The notes: generated from the sequence alone by a model not told the origin. A stretch of DNA of 64,000 nt from Flavobacteriia bacterium (GCA_046301895.1 JBKCJG010000008.1:961-64960), one strand, 5' to 3'. Counted from the first letter of the stretch, positions 16,738 through 25,680 are shown. Made by a program: numbers and translations.

Positions 16738-17541
16738 TCATTTTAAGAAACGACTAACTTCTCGGTCATAGACATTGTTAAACTCGAAATCATCGTGTCC
16801 TTGTCCCGTGATCGGAACAAATTTACTTTGGCTGTTAAGCAATTTTGATAATGATACCGATCCTTCAAATGGAAGAACAATGTCTTTGTCACCATGGACG
16901 AGAAGTACCGGTTTTTTGATATTTTTCAGATGCTCATTCGTTTCGAACTTGTATTTCAACAAGAATACAGGAATAAAAGGGTAGCTTCTATGAGTCATAT
17001 CTATAAGCGAGTAATATGGTGCGATCAAAACGAGTTTGCTTGGATTTTCTAGGGCAGTGATCATTGCCGCAGATGCCGTTCCTACTGAATATCCAATGAC
17101 CACAATAGAATCCTCCGCATACCTTCTTTTCATATTACTGTATGCGATCTTAACATCCGAAAAGAATTGGTCCTCATCAGTAAGCTTACCCTTTGTTTTT
17201 CCAAAACTGCGGTAATCGAATGAGAAGAAGTCGTACCCCTTCGATGTGTAGAATTGCGCAGCCTGTTCCTGGTTACTCAGGTTGCCCGAATTTCCGTGAA
17301 GGAAAAAGACGAGCCGTTTTCTTCCCCGATCTTTGGAAGGACAGACTACTCCATTCAGTTCAATACCATCACTAGTTGGTATGAAGATCTCCTTTCCGAA
17401 AGAGAGAACTGCATTGGGTCCTAATTTATCTGGATGAAAGATGAAGGATTCCTGCATGAAATACATAAAGGAACATACCCCAGCATACATGATCGTCACC
17501 GTGATCAAAAGGCGGTAAAAGAATTTCTTCTTGAGTATCAT
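16738..17541 (-). CDS. Membrane-anchored alpha/beta hydrolase (S9/S33-like serine hydrolase)
   Basis: N-terminal TM MILKKKFFYRLLITVTIMYAGV. HGNSGN, nucleophile elbow GYSVGT, and HGDKD...GQGHDD. The 478-aa track ORF is trimmed to the first ATG outside the opposite-strand DAHP synthase gene. Confidence 0.75.
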   Translation of the reverse strand: MILKKKFFYRLLITVTIMYAGVCSFMYFMQESFIFHPDKLGPNAVLSFGKEIFIPTSDGIELNGVVCPSKDRGRKRLVFFLHGNSGNLSNQEQAAQFYTSKGYDFFSFDYRSFGKTKGKLTDEDQFFSDVKIAYSNMKRRYAEDSIVVIGYSVGTASAAMITALENPSKLVLIAPYYSLIDMTHRSYPFIPVFLLKYKFETNEHLKNIKKPVLLVHGDKDIVLPFEGSVSLSKLLNSQSKFVPITGQGHDDFEFNNVYDREVSRFLK

Positions 17542-17548
17542 GCAAAGA

Positions 17549-17556
17549 TATATTTG
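17549..17556 (+). promoter_or_regulatory. -7 box TATATTTG, candidate promoter of the DAHP synthase/chorismate mutase gene
   Basis: Exact TAnnTTTG 77 nt upstream of the TTG start. It overlaps by 2 nt a minus-strand box (TATCTTTG, 17543-17550). Confidence 0.4.
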
Positions 17557-17632
17557 AAATATACGGCCGAATTTAGCGAAAGATAAAGAGAACATAGTAC
17601 CTTTATTCATTGTTTTAAATAGAAATTCTGAT

Positions 17633-18697
17633 TTGAACTTGAACGAGAAAATAAGGTCTACTTCCGGACCATTTTTAATCGCAGGCCCATGCAGTGCTGA
17701 AACAGAAGAGCAGGTGCATTCAGTGGTGCGCGATTTGGCAGATCGGAACTTGGCCCATGCGATCCGAGCAGGTATCTGGAAGCCAAGAACGCGTCCCGAT
17801 TCCTTTGAAGGAATTGGAGAGGTGGGACTGAAATGGCTGGTTGATGCAGGACGATCCGTTGGGTTACCGGTCGCAACAGAGGTCGCTAATAAGCACCATG
17901 TCGAACTGGCGCTCCAAGCGGGTGTCGATATTTTGTGGGTTGGGGCTAGAACAACAGTGAATCCATTCACAGTGCAGGAAATTGCCGATGCACTTAGCGG
18001 GGTTCGAATTCCTGTCATGGTAAAGAATCCCGTAAATCCTGATCTTGAGCTTTGGCTGGGTGGGATCGAGCGCTTTGAGAAAGCCGGATTATCTGATGTT
18101 GTTGCTATACATCGTGGCTTTTCGGTATATAAGCATCCTAAATACCGCAATGTACCCAATTGGGAAATCCCCATCGCTTTGAAGGAAAGAAGGCCTGATA
18201 TTGCCGTAATATGCGATCCCAGTCACATTACGGGCAAGCGAGAACTTATTGCAGAAGTGGCACAGAAAGCCTTGGACCTTAATTTTGAGGGACTCATGAT
18301 GGAGACACATCCGAATCCCGAAAATGCCTGGTCAGATGCCTCTCAGCAACTAACTCCTGAAGCTCTGGAAGAGATCCTGAAAGGGCTCGTTGTTCGGTCG
18401 AAGGATATTTCGGGTGAATTTGCTTCATACCTGGATGAGGTTCGTGAAAAGATCGCTCTCTTGGATGATCGTTTATTCGAGTTGCTGACTGCACGTATGA
18501 CATTGAGCGAAGAGGTTGGTAAATTCAAACGGGAGAACAACATAACGATCCTTCAGCAGGAGCATTGGGCAAAGTTGATCGCTGGCAGACTGAACAAGAA
18601 TGAGGAGTACAATCTGACACAGCTTTTTATCCGTCAATTCATGGATGCAATTCACCAGGAGTCGATCAGGCATCAGGTGAAGATCATGAAGAAATGA
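17633..18697 (+). CDS. Bifunctional 3-deoxy-7-phosphoheptulonate (DAHP) synthase / chorismate mutase type II
   Basis: N-terminal PFLIAGPCSAETEEQ...WKPRT...CDPSH (KDO8P/DAHPS I-beta fold). C-terminal CM helix REKIALLDDRLFELLTARMTLSEEVGKFK. There is no ATG; a TTG start at 17633 or 17639 is assumed. Confidence 0.85.
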   Translation: MNLNEKIRSTSGPFLIAGPCSAETEEQVHSVVRDLADRNLAHAIRAGIWKPRTRPDSFEGIGEVGLKWLVDAGRSVGLPVATEVANKHHVELALQAGVDILWVGARTTVNPFTVQEIADALSGVRIPVMVKNPVNPDLELWLGGIERFEKAGLSDVVAIHRGFSVYKHPKYRNVPNWEIPIALKERRPDIAVICDPSHITGKRELIAEVAQKALDLNFEGLMMETHPNPENAWSDASQQLTPEALEEILKGLVVRSKDISGEFASYLDEVREKIALLDDRLFELLTARMTLSEEVGKFKRENNITILQQEHWAKLIAGRLNKNEEYNLTQLFIRQFMDAIHQESIRHQVKIMKK

Positions 18698-18794
18698 TCG
18701 TTTAGTTCTATAATCTGCTACTTTTTTTGGAAGAAGAAATTAGTTAATATGTAACTTCCACACAACAATTTGAAATAGCCTCAAACTGACTTTT

Positions 18795-19694
18795 ATGAGA
18801 ATAAAACTTTACTCAGGAATCCTTTTATTGTCAGCACTTTCAAGCATCTCCATGCGTTCTGATGATCAAAAACAGGTGAAGAATCTGATCAAAGCGATCA
18901 ATGAGAATTACGCTTTTATCCCTGCAGATTCGCTTTTAAAACATGATTATATCATCTTCAAGACGGAGGTTTCTAACTTGCATTACAACGAATTTCTTTA
19001 CGATCTGAAGCAAAAAGGAGAGGTTGAAAAGTTGAAGATAGCCCAAATCGATTCAGCAAAATGGTCGGATTCAAGATTTTCAAATAGTGCGTATGTCACC
19101 TATTACCATACTCATCCGGCCTACAGAGATTATCCTGTCTTAAATGTTACGAAGGAAGGAGCAGAAATGTATTGTGATTGGTTAACAGAAAAAGTGAACA
19201 CAATTTTAAAAGGGAATTATAAGTTGATGTTCAGGTTACCAACTCACAAAGAATGGTTAAAAGCTGCCAAGGGAAAATTGGAATTGGCAAATTACTCCTG
19301 GGGTGGATATCGCCTTCAAAATGCTGAAGGAGCCTATATGTGTAACTGCATTCGTAATGGTGCGGAGTGTATTGCACGTGATTCAACGGGAAAATATTTT
19401 GTTGAAAAGGTAGATTACGGTGCATATGGAATTTTAAATGAATACGCTGATGTTACCGCACCCGTAAAATCATATTGGCCGAATGGCTATGGGTTATATA
19501 ATGTAAATGGCAATGTTGCCGAAATGATCGCCGATAAGAATGTTGTCGCCGGAGGTTCATGGAACGATCCCGGTTACGATGTGCGCAATGAAAGTGTGAA
19601 GCCGTACAAGGGGGCTGCACGGAATGTCGGTTTCAGAATAGTAGCGACAGTTGTCCCATCCGAACTGGGTTGGCTGAAGATCCCGAAGAAGTGA
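18795..19694 (+). CDS. Secreted formylglycine-generating-enzyme (SUMF1/FGE-sulfatase) domain protein
   Basis: Signal peptide. YRDYPVLNVTKEGAEMYCDWL, RLPTHKEW, GLYNVNGNVAEM, GGSWND, RNVGFRIV. Confidence 0.8.
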   Translation: MRIKLYSGILLLSALSSISMRSDDQKQVKNLIKAINENYAFIPADSLLKHDYIIFKTEVSNLHYNEFLYDLKQKGEVEKLKIAQIDSAKWSDSRFSNSAYVTYYHTHPAYRDYPVLNVTKEGAEMYCDWLTEKVNTILKGNYKLMFRLPTHKEWLKAAKGKLELANYSWGGYRLQNAEGAYMCNCIRNGAECIARDSTGKYFVEKVDYGAYGILNEYADVTAPVKSYWPNGYGLYNVNGNVAEMIADKNVVAGGSWNDPGYDVRNESVKPYKGAARNVGFRIVATVVPSELGWLKIPKK

Positions 19695-19769
19695 TCCGTG
19701 TATAAATCTTTCTAATTGTTAACCTTTTTGTGGAACAACATGCTTGTTTCAAATGTAATTTTGGTTCTG

Positions 19770-19777
19770 TAAATTTG
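19770..19777 (+). promoter_or_regulatory. -7 box TAAATTTG ending 5 nt before ATG 19783 (predicted leaderless)
   Basis: Exact TAnnTTTG. A second box, TAATTTTG, lies at 19756-19763. Confidence 0.5.
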
Positions 19778-19782
19778 ACTTT

Positions 19783-20175
19783 ATGACACTTAAAGAAACG
19801 ATCGGAGCTGTTGAAGAATTTCACAATGCGTTTGGTATCGAGAACAATCATACCCCTACTGCTCAACTTTCAGAAGCAGATATCCTGTTGCGTTATAAAT
19901 TGATGCGCGAAGAGAACGAAGAGTACCTTGAAGCTGCTCAGAACGGAGATATCGTGGAGATCGCAGATGCGCTGGGAGATCAGTTGTATATTTTGTGCGG
20001 TACGATCCTGAAGCATGGACTTCAGTTCAAGATCGCAGAAGTTTTTAAGGAGATCCAGCGTTCGAACATGAGCAAGTTGGATGCAGACGGAAAACCGATC
20101 TATCGAGAAGATGGCAAAGTGTTGAAATCAGAATTGTATTTTAAGCCGGATATCAAGGCTATTCTCGACAAATAG
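19783..20175 (+). CDS. MazG-like all-alpha nucleoside triphosphate pyrophosphohydrolase family protein
   Basis: EFHNAFG...LMREENEEYLEA...EIADALGDQLYILCGT (EExxE/D metal motifs). Length 130 aa. Confidence 0.7.
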   Translation: MTLKETIGAVEEFHNAFGIENNHTPTAQLSEADILLRYKLMREENEEYLEAAQNGDIVEIADALGDQLYILCGTILKHGLQFKIAEVFKEIQRSNMSKLDADGKPIYREDGKVLKSELYFKPDIKAILDK

Positions 20176-20176
20176 G

Positions 20177-20608
20177 ATGGGCCGATTCAATATCCGTATC
20201 TATGGGTTGCTCATCAACGAACGGGATCAGATCCTTGTATCGGACGAATGTCAAAACGGCTATGCCTTTACAAAATTTCCCGGTGGCGGACTTGAATTAG
20301 GAGAGGGTTTCGTGCATGCATTGATCCGCGAATTTCGTGAAGAACTTGGAATTGACATCGAGGTTAGGGAACTGTTCTATTTCAACGAATATTATCAGCC
20401 TTCTGTCTTCAAACCGGAGGATCAGGTGCATTCGTTCTATTATCATGTAAAATATGCCGATTGGAGCAATATTGTTGCAGATCAGCATGAAGTGCCTTTG
20501 ACGGAGGAAGGAGAGAAACACCGTTGGATCCATTTAAAGGAGCTGAATATCGAAGATTTTACGTTTCCGATAGACAAGATCGTGGTGAAACGATTACTGG
20601 ATCAGTAG
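20177..20608 (+). CDS. NUDIX hydrolase
   Basis: Nudix box GGGLELGEGFVHALIREFREELGI. One-nt gap after the MazG-like gene. Confidence 0.9.
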   Translation: MGRFNIRIYGLLINERDQILVSDECQNGYAFTKFPGGGLELGEGFVHALIREFREELGIDIEVRELFYFNEYYQPSVFKPEDQVHSFYYHVKYADWSNIVADQHEVPLTEEGEKHRWIHLKELNIEDFTFPIDKIVVKRLLDQ

Positions 20609-20976
20609 AGCGTGTCAACCAATCGCTGACAGATCATCTGGTAAATCCGTTTGTCAAACTCCTTTTGATTTTCTAAATAAACAGCCAATTCGTCAAGCGT
20701 GAGCAGGCCCACCACAAAACCGATCAATCGGTATTTGAGTTCCCGCTGTTTACCGATAAAAACAGTGATCCTTTGGTGGAATTCGAGTCTTGGTCCCTTG
20801 ATTCGAATCAGGTCAATAAATTGATCATTACCTTTCATGATCGAGATTATCACATGATGCTGGAATTTGATGATGGGGCGTAAGACCTCGTTCTGAAACA
20901 ACTCTATTGGTTTGGTGCCACCTGAATTAGAAGTGGCGATGAGCGGTCTCAAGGTCTTAAGCGAATCTCTTTCCAT
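20602..20976 (-). CDS. Hypothetical protein, 124 aa
   Basis: ORF only, last gene of the rsgA-dtd-mazG operon. Its 3' end overlaps the convergent NUDIX gene by 7 nt. No motif recognised. Confidence 0.55.
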   Translation of the reverse strand: MERDSLKTLRPLIATSNSGGTKPIELFQNEVLRPIIKFQHHVIISIMKGNDQFIDLIRIKGPRLEFHQRITVFIGKQRELKYRLIGFVVGLLTLDELAVYLENQKEFDKRIYQMICQRLVDTLY

Positions 20977-21009
20977 AGTAGTATAACAGCATGAACAACA
21001 GAATGTTCT

Positions 21010-21624
21010 TTATTGCGCTTCGATCAATTTGGTGATCGGAACGAACTCATCCAGGTATTCTTCCACCCGACGGTCCTTGAAACTATGGGACAAGAGGATA
21101 TACTGGCATTTCGGAAAGCTCTCAGTGATCCTTGAGATCTGCATTTTATGCCCGTTCTTGAAAATGTCGAGCGCATCATCAAGTATGAACATTTTCAGTT
21201 TACTCACGTTGTATCCATTCTGTATGTATAGTTCATACAATCTGCGGGCGGTCCCAACGATTATCTCTGTACCGTCGAATATATCATTTCGCTGCTGAAG
21301 CATGTTTCCACGGTCGTGAGCCAAATCGACGGTGAGATCGAGGATCCTGCATATTTTCTCCAGACGTTCATGCAGTTCATACGCTTTCTGGTCGGAGGCA
21401 CAAACGATGATCGCTCTGGGTGAACCTTCGCTTGCTTCAGTTATCTTCTGCAGAACGGAAAGATAAATTGCAGTCGTTTTTCCGCTTCCTTCGTGACCTT
21501 CTGCGAGGATGTTCTTGCCGGATTTGATCGCGTCGATTATTTTGAGCTGGAATTCATTCAGTTCAGTAATTCCTTTTTCAGGAAGGATTTCCTGCAATTC
21601 AGCGCGTAATTTTTCCAGTGCCAT
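21010..21624 (-). CDS. Stand-alone DEAD-box-like RecA domain 1 protein with degenerate catalytic motifs (no helicase C domain)
   Basis: Q-motif-like ELNEFQ. Motif I EGHEGSGKTTA. Ib GTARRL. Motif II is LDDA instead of DEAD. Motif III is SHS instead of SAT. Length 204 aa. TGATG overlap with mazG. Confidence 0.7.
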   Translation of the reverse strand: MALEKLRAELQEILPEKGITELNEFQLKIIDAIKSGKNILAEGHEGSGKTTAIYLSVLQKITEASEGSPRAIIVCASDQKAYELHERLEKICRILDLTVDLAHDRGNMLQQRNDIFDGTEIIVGTARRLYELYIQNGYNVSKLKMFILDDALDIFKNGHKMQISRITESFPKCQYILLSHSFKDRRVEEYLDEFVPITKLIEAQ

Positions 21625-21950
21625 CAGTTGAGTTTTTCATTGTCTTTGTGACGCGTGTGATCACGATTTGTTTTTTTATCGAGGTTCTTCTCCAATGCCT
21701 CTTCAAGGTCGATCCCGGTTTGATTAGCCAGACAGATCAAAACAAAAAGAACGTCTGCCATTTCATCACCCAGATCCTTGTTCTTATCGGACTCTTTTTC
21801 ACTTTGTTCGCCATAGCGACGTGCCATGATGCGGGCAACCTCTCCCACCTCTTCCATGAGCATGGCGGTATTCGTCAGTTCGTTGAAGTAACGGACACCG
21901 TATTCCTTGATCCACTTGTCGACTGCTTTCTGAGCTTCTGTTAGGGTCAT
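21624..21950 (-). CDS. MazG-type nucleotide pyrophosphohydrolase (YpjD-like)
   Basis: LMEEVGEVARI...DLGDEMADVLFVLICLAN. Length 108 aa. One-nt overlaps on both sides. Confidence 0.85.
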   Translation of the reverse strand: MTLTEAQKAVDKWIKEYGVRYFNELTNTAMLMEEVGEVARIMARRYGEQSEKESDKNKDLGDEMADVLFVLICLANQTGIDLEEALEKNLDKKTNRDHTRHKDNEKLN

Positions 21951-22402
21951 TATTCCTTGTTTTTAGAATCCATAAGTATTGTTACCGGTCCGTCGTTCAC
22001 CAGACTAACTTTCATATCTGCGCCGAACTTACCTGTTTCAACTTTTGTACAGGAAATAGCACCCATACTATCTACAAAGTATTCGTACAGCGGAATTGCA
22101 TGCTCCGGACGCGCAGCTTTGACATAACTTGGTCGGTTCCCTTTTTTTGTCGATGCGTGCAGGGTAAACTGACTTACAACAAGAAAACGTCCATCGACTT
22201 CACCTACCGATAGGTTCATTTTCCCTTCCTGATCGGAAAAAATGCGTAAACCAATGATCTTCTGGATTAGCCAGTCTGCATCGGAACGGTCATCTTCGAG
22301 TTCAATCCCTATAAGGATCAATAAACCTTTCCCTATCTTTCCAGATATCCTTCCATCGATCTTAACGGAAGCTTCTGATACACGCTGAATGACGACTCTC
22401 AT
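21950..22402 (-). CDS. dtd: D-aminoacyl-tRNA deacylase
   Basis: MRVVIQRV...GLLILIGI...VSQFTLHA...GNRPS. Length 150 aa. Confidence 0.95.
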   Translation of the reverse strand: MRVVIQRVSEASVKIDGRISGKIGKGLLILIGIELEDDRSDADWLIQKIIGLRIFSDQEGKMNLSVGEVDGRFLVVSQFTLHASTKKGNRPSYVKAARPEHAIPLYEYFVDSMGAISCTKVETGKFGADMKVSLVNDGPVTILMDSKNKE

Positions 22403-22403
22403 A

Positions 22404-23354
22404 TTATCCGTATATATTCTTTCGGTGAACGTCGTTAGGATCTTCGGTCATCAACTGAAGATAGGTGGCATAGCGGCTTTGAGCAATGATTTCATTCTCA
22501 ACGGCTTCTTTCACTGCGCATTTTGGTTCGTTCATGTGCTGACAGTTATGAAACTTACATGCACCGATCAGCTGGCGCATCTCGGGGAAATAATGTGATA
22601 TGAACTCCTTTTCCAGGTCAACGATCCCAAAAGCTCTGATTCCCGGTGTATCGATTATGTAACCTCCGGTTGAAAGTTTGTGCATCTCGGCAAAGGTTGT
22701 GGTATGCTGGCCTTGCAAATGTGCCTGTGAGATTTCTCCCGTGCGCAGATCGAGCGATGGGTCCAAGGCATTTACGAGTGTGCTCTTTCCAACCCCGCTA
22801 TGCCCGGAGATCATGACCTGCTTATCCTTCATCTCGTCGCGCAACCAATCAATGTTGGTCTTGTTTTCCGCTGAGATCTTGTAGCACGGATAGCCAATCC
22901 CTTCGTAAAGTTCTGTGAGACGGTCGATCTCTTTCAGCTCTTCGGAATTGTACATGTCTATCTTGTTGAAGAGGACCGTCGTAGGAATCCTGAAAGATTC
23001 TGCAGCAACCAGAAAGCGGTCAATGAAGGCTAAATGGGTAACAGGCGATTTGATCGTAACGAGCAAGTATGCCCTGTCGACATTGGCAGCAAGGATCTGC
23101 ATCTGCTTGCTCAGATTCGTTGATTTACGCACAATATAATTGGTCCGCTCCTCAAAATCAGCGATCGTTCGCTTGCCTTCTTCATCCAGTTTATCATCGA
23201 GGAGAACGATGTCACCCACTGCAATGGGATTGGTTGTACTCAGTCCTTCCAACCTTAATTTTCCACGGATGCGACAACTCACCACGGAACAGTCTTCCAA
23301 TTCCACGGTGTACCATTTTCCGGTCGATTTAAGAACTTTACCCTTTGTTGACAT
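22404..23354 (-). CDS. rsgA: Ribosome small-subunit-dependent GTPase A
   Basis: OB fold followed by NKIDM, GHSGVGKSTLVNAL and Zn knuckle CKFHNCQHMNEPKC. Confidence 0.95.
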   Translation of the reverse strand: MSTKGKVLKSTGKWYTVELEDCSVVSCRIRGKLRLEGLSTTNPIAVGDIVLLDDKLDEEGKRTIADFEERTNYIVRKSTNLSKQMQILAANVDRAYLLVTIKSPVTHLAFIDRFLVAAESFRIPTTVLFNKIDMYNSEELKEIDRLTELYEGIGYPCYKISAENKTNIDWLRDEMKDKQVMISGHSGVGKSTLVNALDPSLDLRTGEISQAHLQGQHTTTFAEMHKLSTGGYIIDTPGIRAFGIVDLEKEFISHYFPEMRQLIGACKFHNCQHMNEPKCAVKEAVENEIIAQSRYATYLQLMTEDPNDVHRKNIYG

Positions 23355-23359
23355 TTAGG

Positions 23360-23367
23360 CAAAGATA
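23360..23367 (-). promoter_or_regulatory. -7 box TATCTTTG (minus strand) ending 5 nt before rsgA ATG 23354 (predicted leaderless)
   Basis: Plus strand reads CAAAGATA, an exact reverse complement of TAnnTTTG. Confidence 0.5.
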
Positions 23368-23425
23368 GCCAGAAAAGGAGAAAGGACAATTGACTTTGAA
23401 CAATGGTGGATTGTCAATTAATCCG

Positions 23426-23433
23426 TATCTTTG
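23426..23433 (+). promoter_or_regulatory. -7 box TATCTTTG, 17 nt upstream of ATG 23451
   Basis: Exact TAnnTTTG. It lies inside the N-terminal extension of the track ORF (23403), which argues for the 23451 start. Confidence 0.45.
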
Positions 23434-23450
23434 CCTACAAATTCCGGCAC

Positions 23451-24350
23451 ATGTCAATAGAGGTAAAAAACCTGTTTAAATATTACGGTGATCAGGCAGC
23501 GGTTCGTGACATTTCGTTTTCGATTGCTAAAGGAGAGATCGTCGGATTCTTGGGGCCTAACGGTGCCGGGAAGTCGACGACCATGAAGATCATTACGGGC
23601 TATATTCCTGCTTCATCGGGAGATGTGAGAGTATGCGGATTACCGGTCGATGTTGATTCGTTGAATACACGTCAGCTGATCGGATACCTACCTGAACACA
23701 ACCCGTTGTATCTGGATATGTATGTAAGAGAGTACCTTGAATTTGTGGGGAAGATCTATAAGGTCAAGAATATAAAGGAGCGTGTGGATGAGATGATCAA
23801 AGCGGTTGGACTTGAGGTTGAACAGAACAAGAAACTGAGTGCTCTTTCAAAGGGTTATCGTCAGCGCGTTGGCCTTGCCGCAGCCATCATTCATGATCCG
23901 CAGGTACTTATCCTGGATGAGCCGACTTCCGGACTCGATCCGAACCAGCTGGTGGAGATCCGGGAACTGATCAAGAAGATCGGAAAGTCGAAGACGGTAA
24001 TGCTTTCAACGCACATCATGCGGGAAGTGGAAGCGATCTGCGACAGAGTTGTGATTATCAACAAAGGTCAGATCGTTGCAGATGATACTGCCTTCCACCT
24101 TCAGACTGATCTATCTCATCAAACGGTGTATGCAGAATTTGACGGTACCATTTCCAAATCAACGTTGAACAAGATACCGCATGTCGGTAAAGTGGAAAAG
24201 GTAAACAACGGATGGTTACTTGAAACAACGGATGATGTTGACTTAAGAAAAGTGATCGCTCAATACGCTCAACAACACAACTTGTTGGTATTGACGCTGA
24301 AAACCGAAGAGAAATCTCTTGAAGAAGTATTTAAGGAATTAACGAAATAA
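23451..24350 (+). CDS. gldA: ABC transporter ATP-binding protein, GldA-like (gliding-motility ABC transporter ATPase)
   Basis: MSIEVKNLFKYYG..., Walker A GPNGAGKST, YLPEHNPLYLDMYVREYL, signature LSKGYRQR, Walker B LILDEP. gldF and gldG are not adjacent. Confidence 0.7.
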   Translation: MSIEVKNLFKYYGDQAAVRDISFSIAKGEIVGFLGPNGAGKSTTMKIITGYIPASSGDVRVCGLPVDVDSLNTRQLIGYLPEHNPLYLDMYVREYLEFVGKIYKVKNIKERVDEMIKAVGLEVEQNKKLSALSKGYRQRVGLAAAIIHDPQVLILDEPTSGLDPNQLVEIRELIKKIGKSKTVMLSTHIMREVEAICDRVVIINKGQIVADDTAFHLQTDLSHQTVYAEFDGTISKSTLNKIPHVGKVEKVNNGWLLETTDDVDLRKVIAQYAQQHNLLVLTLKTEEKSLEEVFKELTK

Positions 24351-24352
24351 GA

Positions 24353-25633
24353 ATGCCAACGAATTTTATCGAGGAATTGAAATGGAGGGGAATGGTACAC
24401 GATATCATGCCCGGAATAGAAGACGCACTGAATAAAAATGTTTCTGCAGGTTACATTGGTTTTGACCCAACCGCAGATTCATTACACGTTGGACATTTGG
24501 TTCAGATCATGACACTGGTTCATTTCCAACGTGCAGGTCACAAGCCTTATGCGCTGGTCGGAGGTGCAACCGGAATGGTGGGGGATCCATCCGGAAAATC
24601 AGCAGAAAGAAACCTCTTGGATGCCGACACGCTGAACCACAATGTAAAGTGCGTGAAGGAGCAGCTCGAGAAGTTCCTTGATTTTAATAGCGGGTCCAAT
24701 TCAGCTGAAATGGTCAACAATTACGATTGGTTCAAGGATATGAGCTTCCTTGATTTCATCCGTGACGTTGGTAAACATATCACCGTAAATTACATGATGT
24801 CGAAGGATTCAGTAAAGAAGCGTCTTGAAACAGGGATGTCATTCACCGAGTTCTCTTACCAGTTGGTTCAAGGTTATGATTTCTATCATTTGAACAAGCA
24901 TAAGAACTGCATCGTACAGATGGGTGGTTCTGATCAGTGGGGTAATATCGTAACAGGAACTGAGCTGATCCGCCGTAAATCGGGTGGTGAAGCGTATGCT
25001 GTAACGACACCGTTGATCAAGAAGGCAGATGGAACCAAATTTGGCAAAACCGAAGGCGGAAGCGTTTGGCTGGATCCAGAAAAGACCTCTCCGTATGAAT
25101 TCTACCAGTTCTGGTTGAACTCAAGCGATGCAGATTCGGGTAATTACATCCGCATTTTCACCTTGCGTGGAAAAGAGGAGATCGAGGCTTTGGAAAAGGA
25201 ACATGCTGAAGCACCGCATCTGCGCATCCTTCAAAAGGCTATCGCAGAGGATATCACCAAGCGCGTTCACGGGGAGGAAGCCCTGAAGACGGCTATTGCT
25301 GCATCCAATATCCTGTTCGGTAAATCAACTGCAGACGATCTACGGTTACTTTCAGAGAAAGACTTCTTCTCTGTTTTTGATGGTGTTCCTCAAGCAACTG
25401 TTGCTCGAGGTGAGTTCGGGTCTTCCATGTCGATCATCGATGCGCTTGCGGCCAAAACTGGGTTTCTTTCGTCCAACGGTGAGGCAAGACGTGAACTGAA
25501 AGCAAATGCAATTTCCGTGAACAAGGAAAAAGTCAGTGAAGACTTCATGCTGACCTCTGATCACCTGATCAATAACAAATACGTTCTATTGGGGAAAGGA
25601 AAAAAGAACAATTACATTTTGATCGTTGAGTGA
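24353..25633 (+). CDS. tyrS: Tyrosine--tRNA ligase
   Basis: HIGH-type motif DSLHVGHL, KMSKS-type motif KFGKT, C-terminal S4 domain. Length 426 aa. Confidence 0.95.
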   Translation: MPTNFIEELKWRGMVHDIMPGIEDALNKNVSAGYIGFDPTADSLHVGHLVQIMTLVHFQRAGHKPYALVGGATGMVGDPSGKSAERNLLDADTLNHNVKCVKEQLEKFLDFNSGSNSAEMVNNYDWFKDMSFLDFIRDVGKHITVNYMMSKDSVKKRLETGMSFTEFSYQLVQGYDFYHLNKHKNCIVQMGGSDQWGNIVTGTELIRRKSGGEAYAVTTPLIKKADGTKFGKTEGGSVWLDPEKTSPYEFYQFWLNSSDADSGNYIRIFTLRGKEEIEALEKEHAEAPHLRILQKAIAEDITKRVHGEEALKTAIAASNILFGKSTADDLRLLSEKDFFSVFDGVPQATVARGEFGSSMSIIDALAAKTGFLSSNGEARRELKANAISVNKEKVSEDFMLTSDHLINNKYVLLGKGKKNNYILIVE

Positions 25634-25650
25634 TCAAATTAATATAATTG

Positions 25651-25680
25651 AAAAGGCGGATCTTTTGATCCGCCTTTTTT
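25651..25680. terminator. Bidirectional terminator shared by tyrS and the convergent membrane-protein gene
   Basis: GGCGGATC (25655-25662) pairs with GATCCGCC (25667-25674) around a TTTT loop, flanked by AAAA and TTTTTT. It overlaps the stop codon of the minus-strand gene. Confidence 0.8.

Noticed and set aside
17542-18174. The N-terminal 211 codons of the 478-aa track ORF 16738..18174 (minus strand).
   Set aside because: This part runs antisense through the well-supported DAHP synthase gene and is Ser/Thr/Pro/Ala-rich with no hydrolase features. The recognisable alpha/beta hydrolase begins at the TM segment MILKKKFF (ATG 17541). The long open antisense frame is most likely a by-product of codon usage.
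23403-23450. N-terminal extensions offered by the ORF track for gldA-like (23403), selD (43165), truA (27006), EI24-like (31524), TPR/PD40 (30601), the 752-aa ORF (41050), the Cys-rich protein (52874) and the acidic protein (GTG 52744).
   Set aside because: The extensions overlap upstream genes or contain the gene's own -7 promoter box. The shorter forms begin with canonical N-termini or signal peptides (MSIEVKN, MKKENVKLTEHTKGGGCGCK, MRRYFIEISYNG, and so on).
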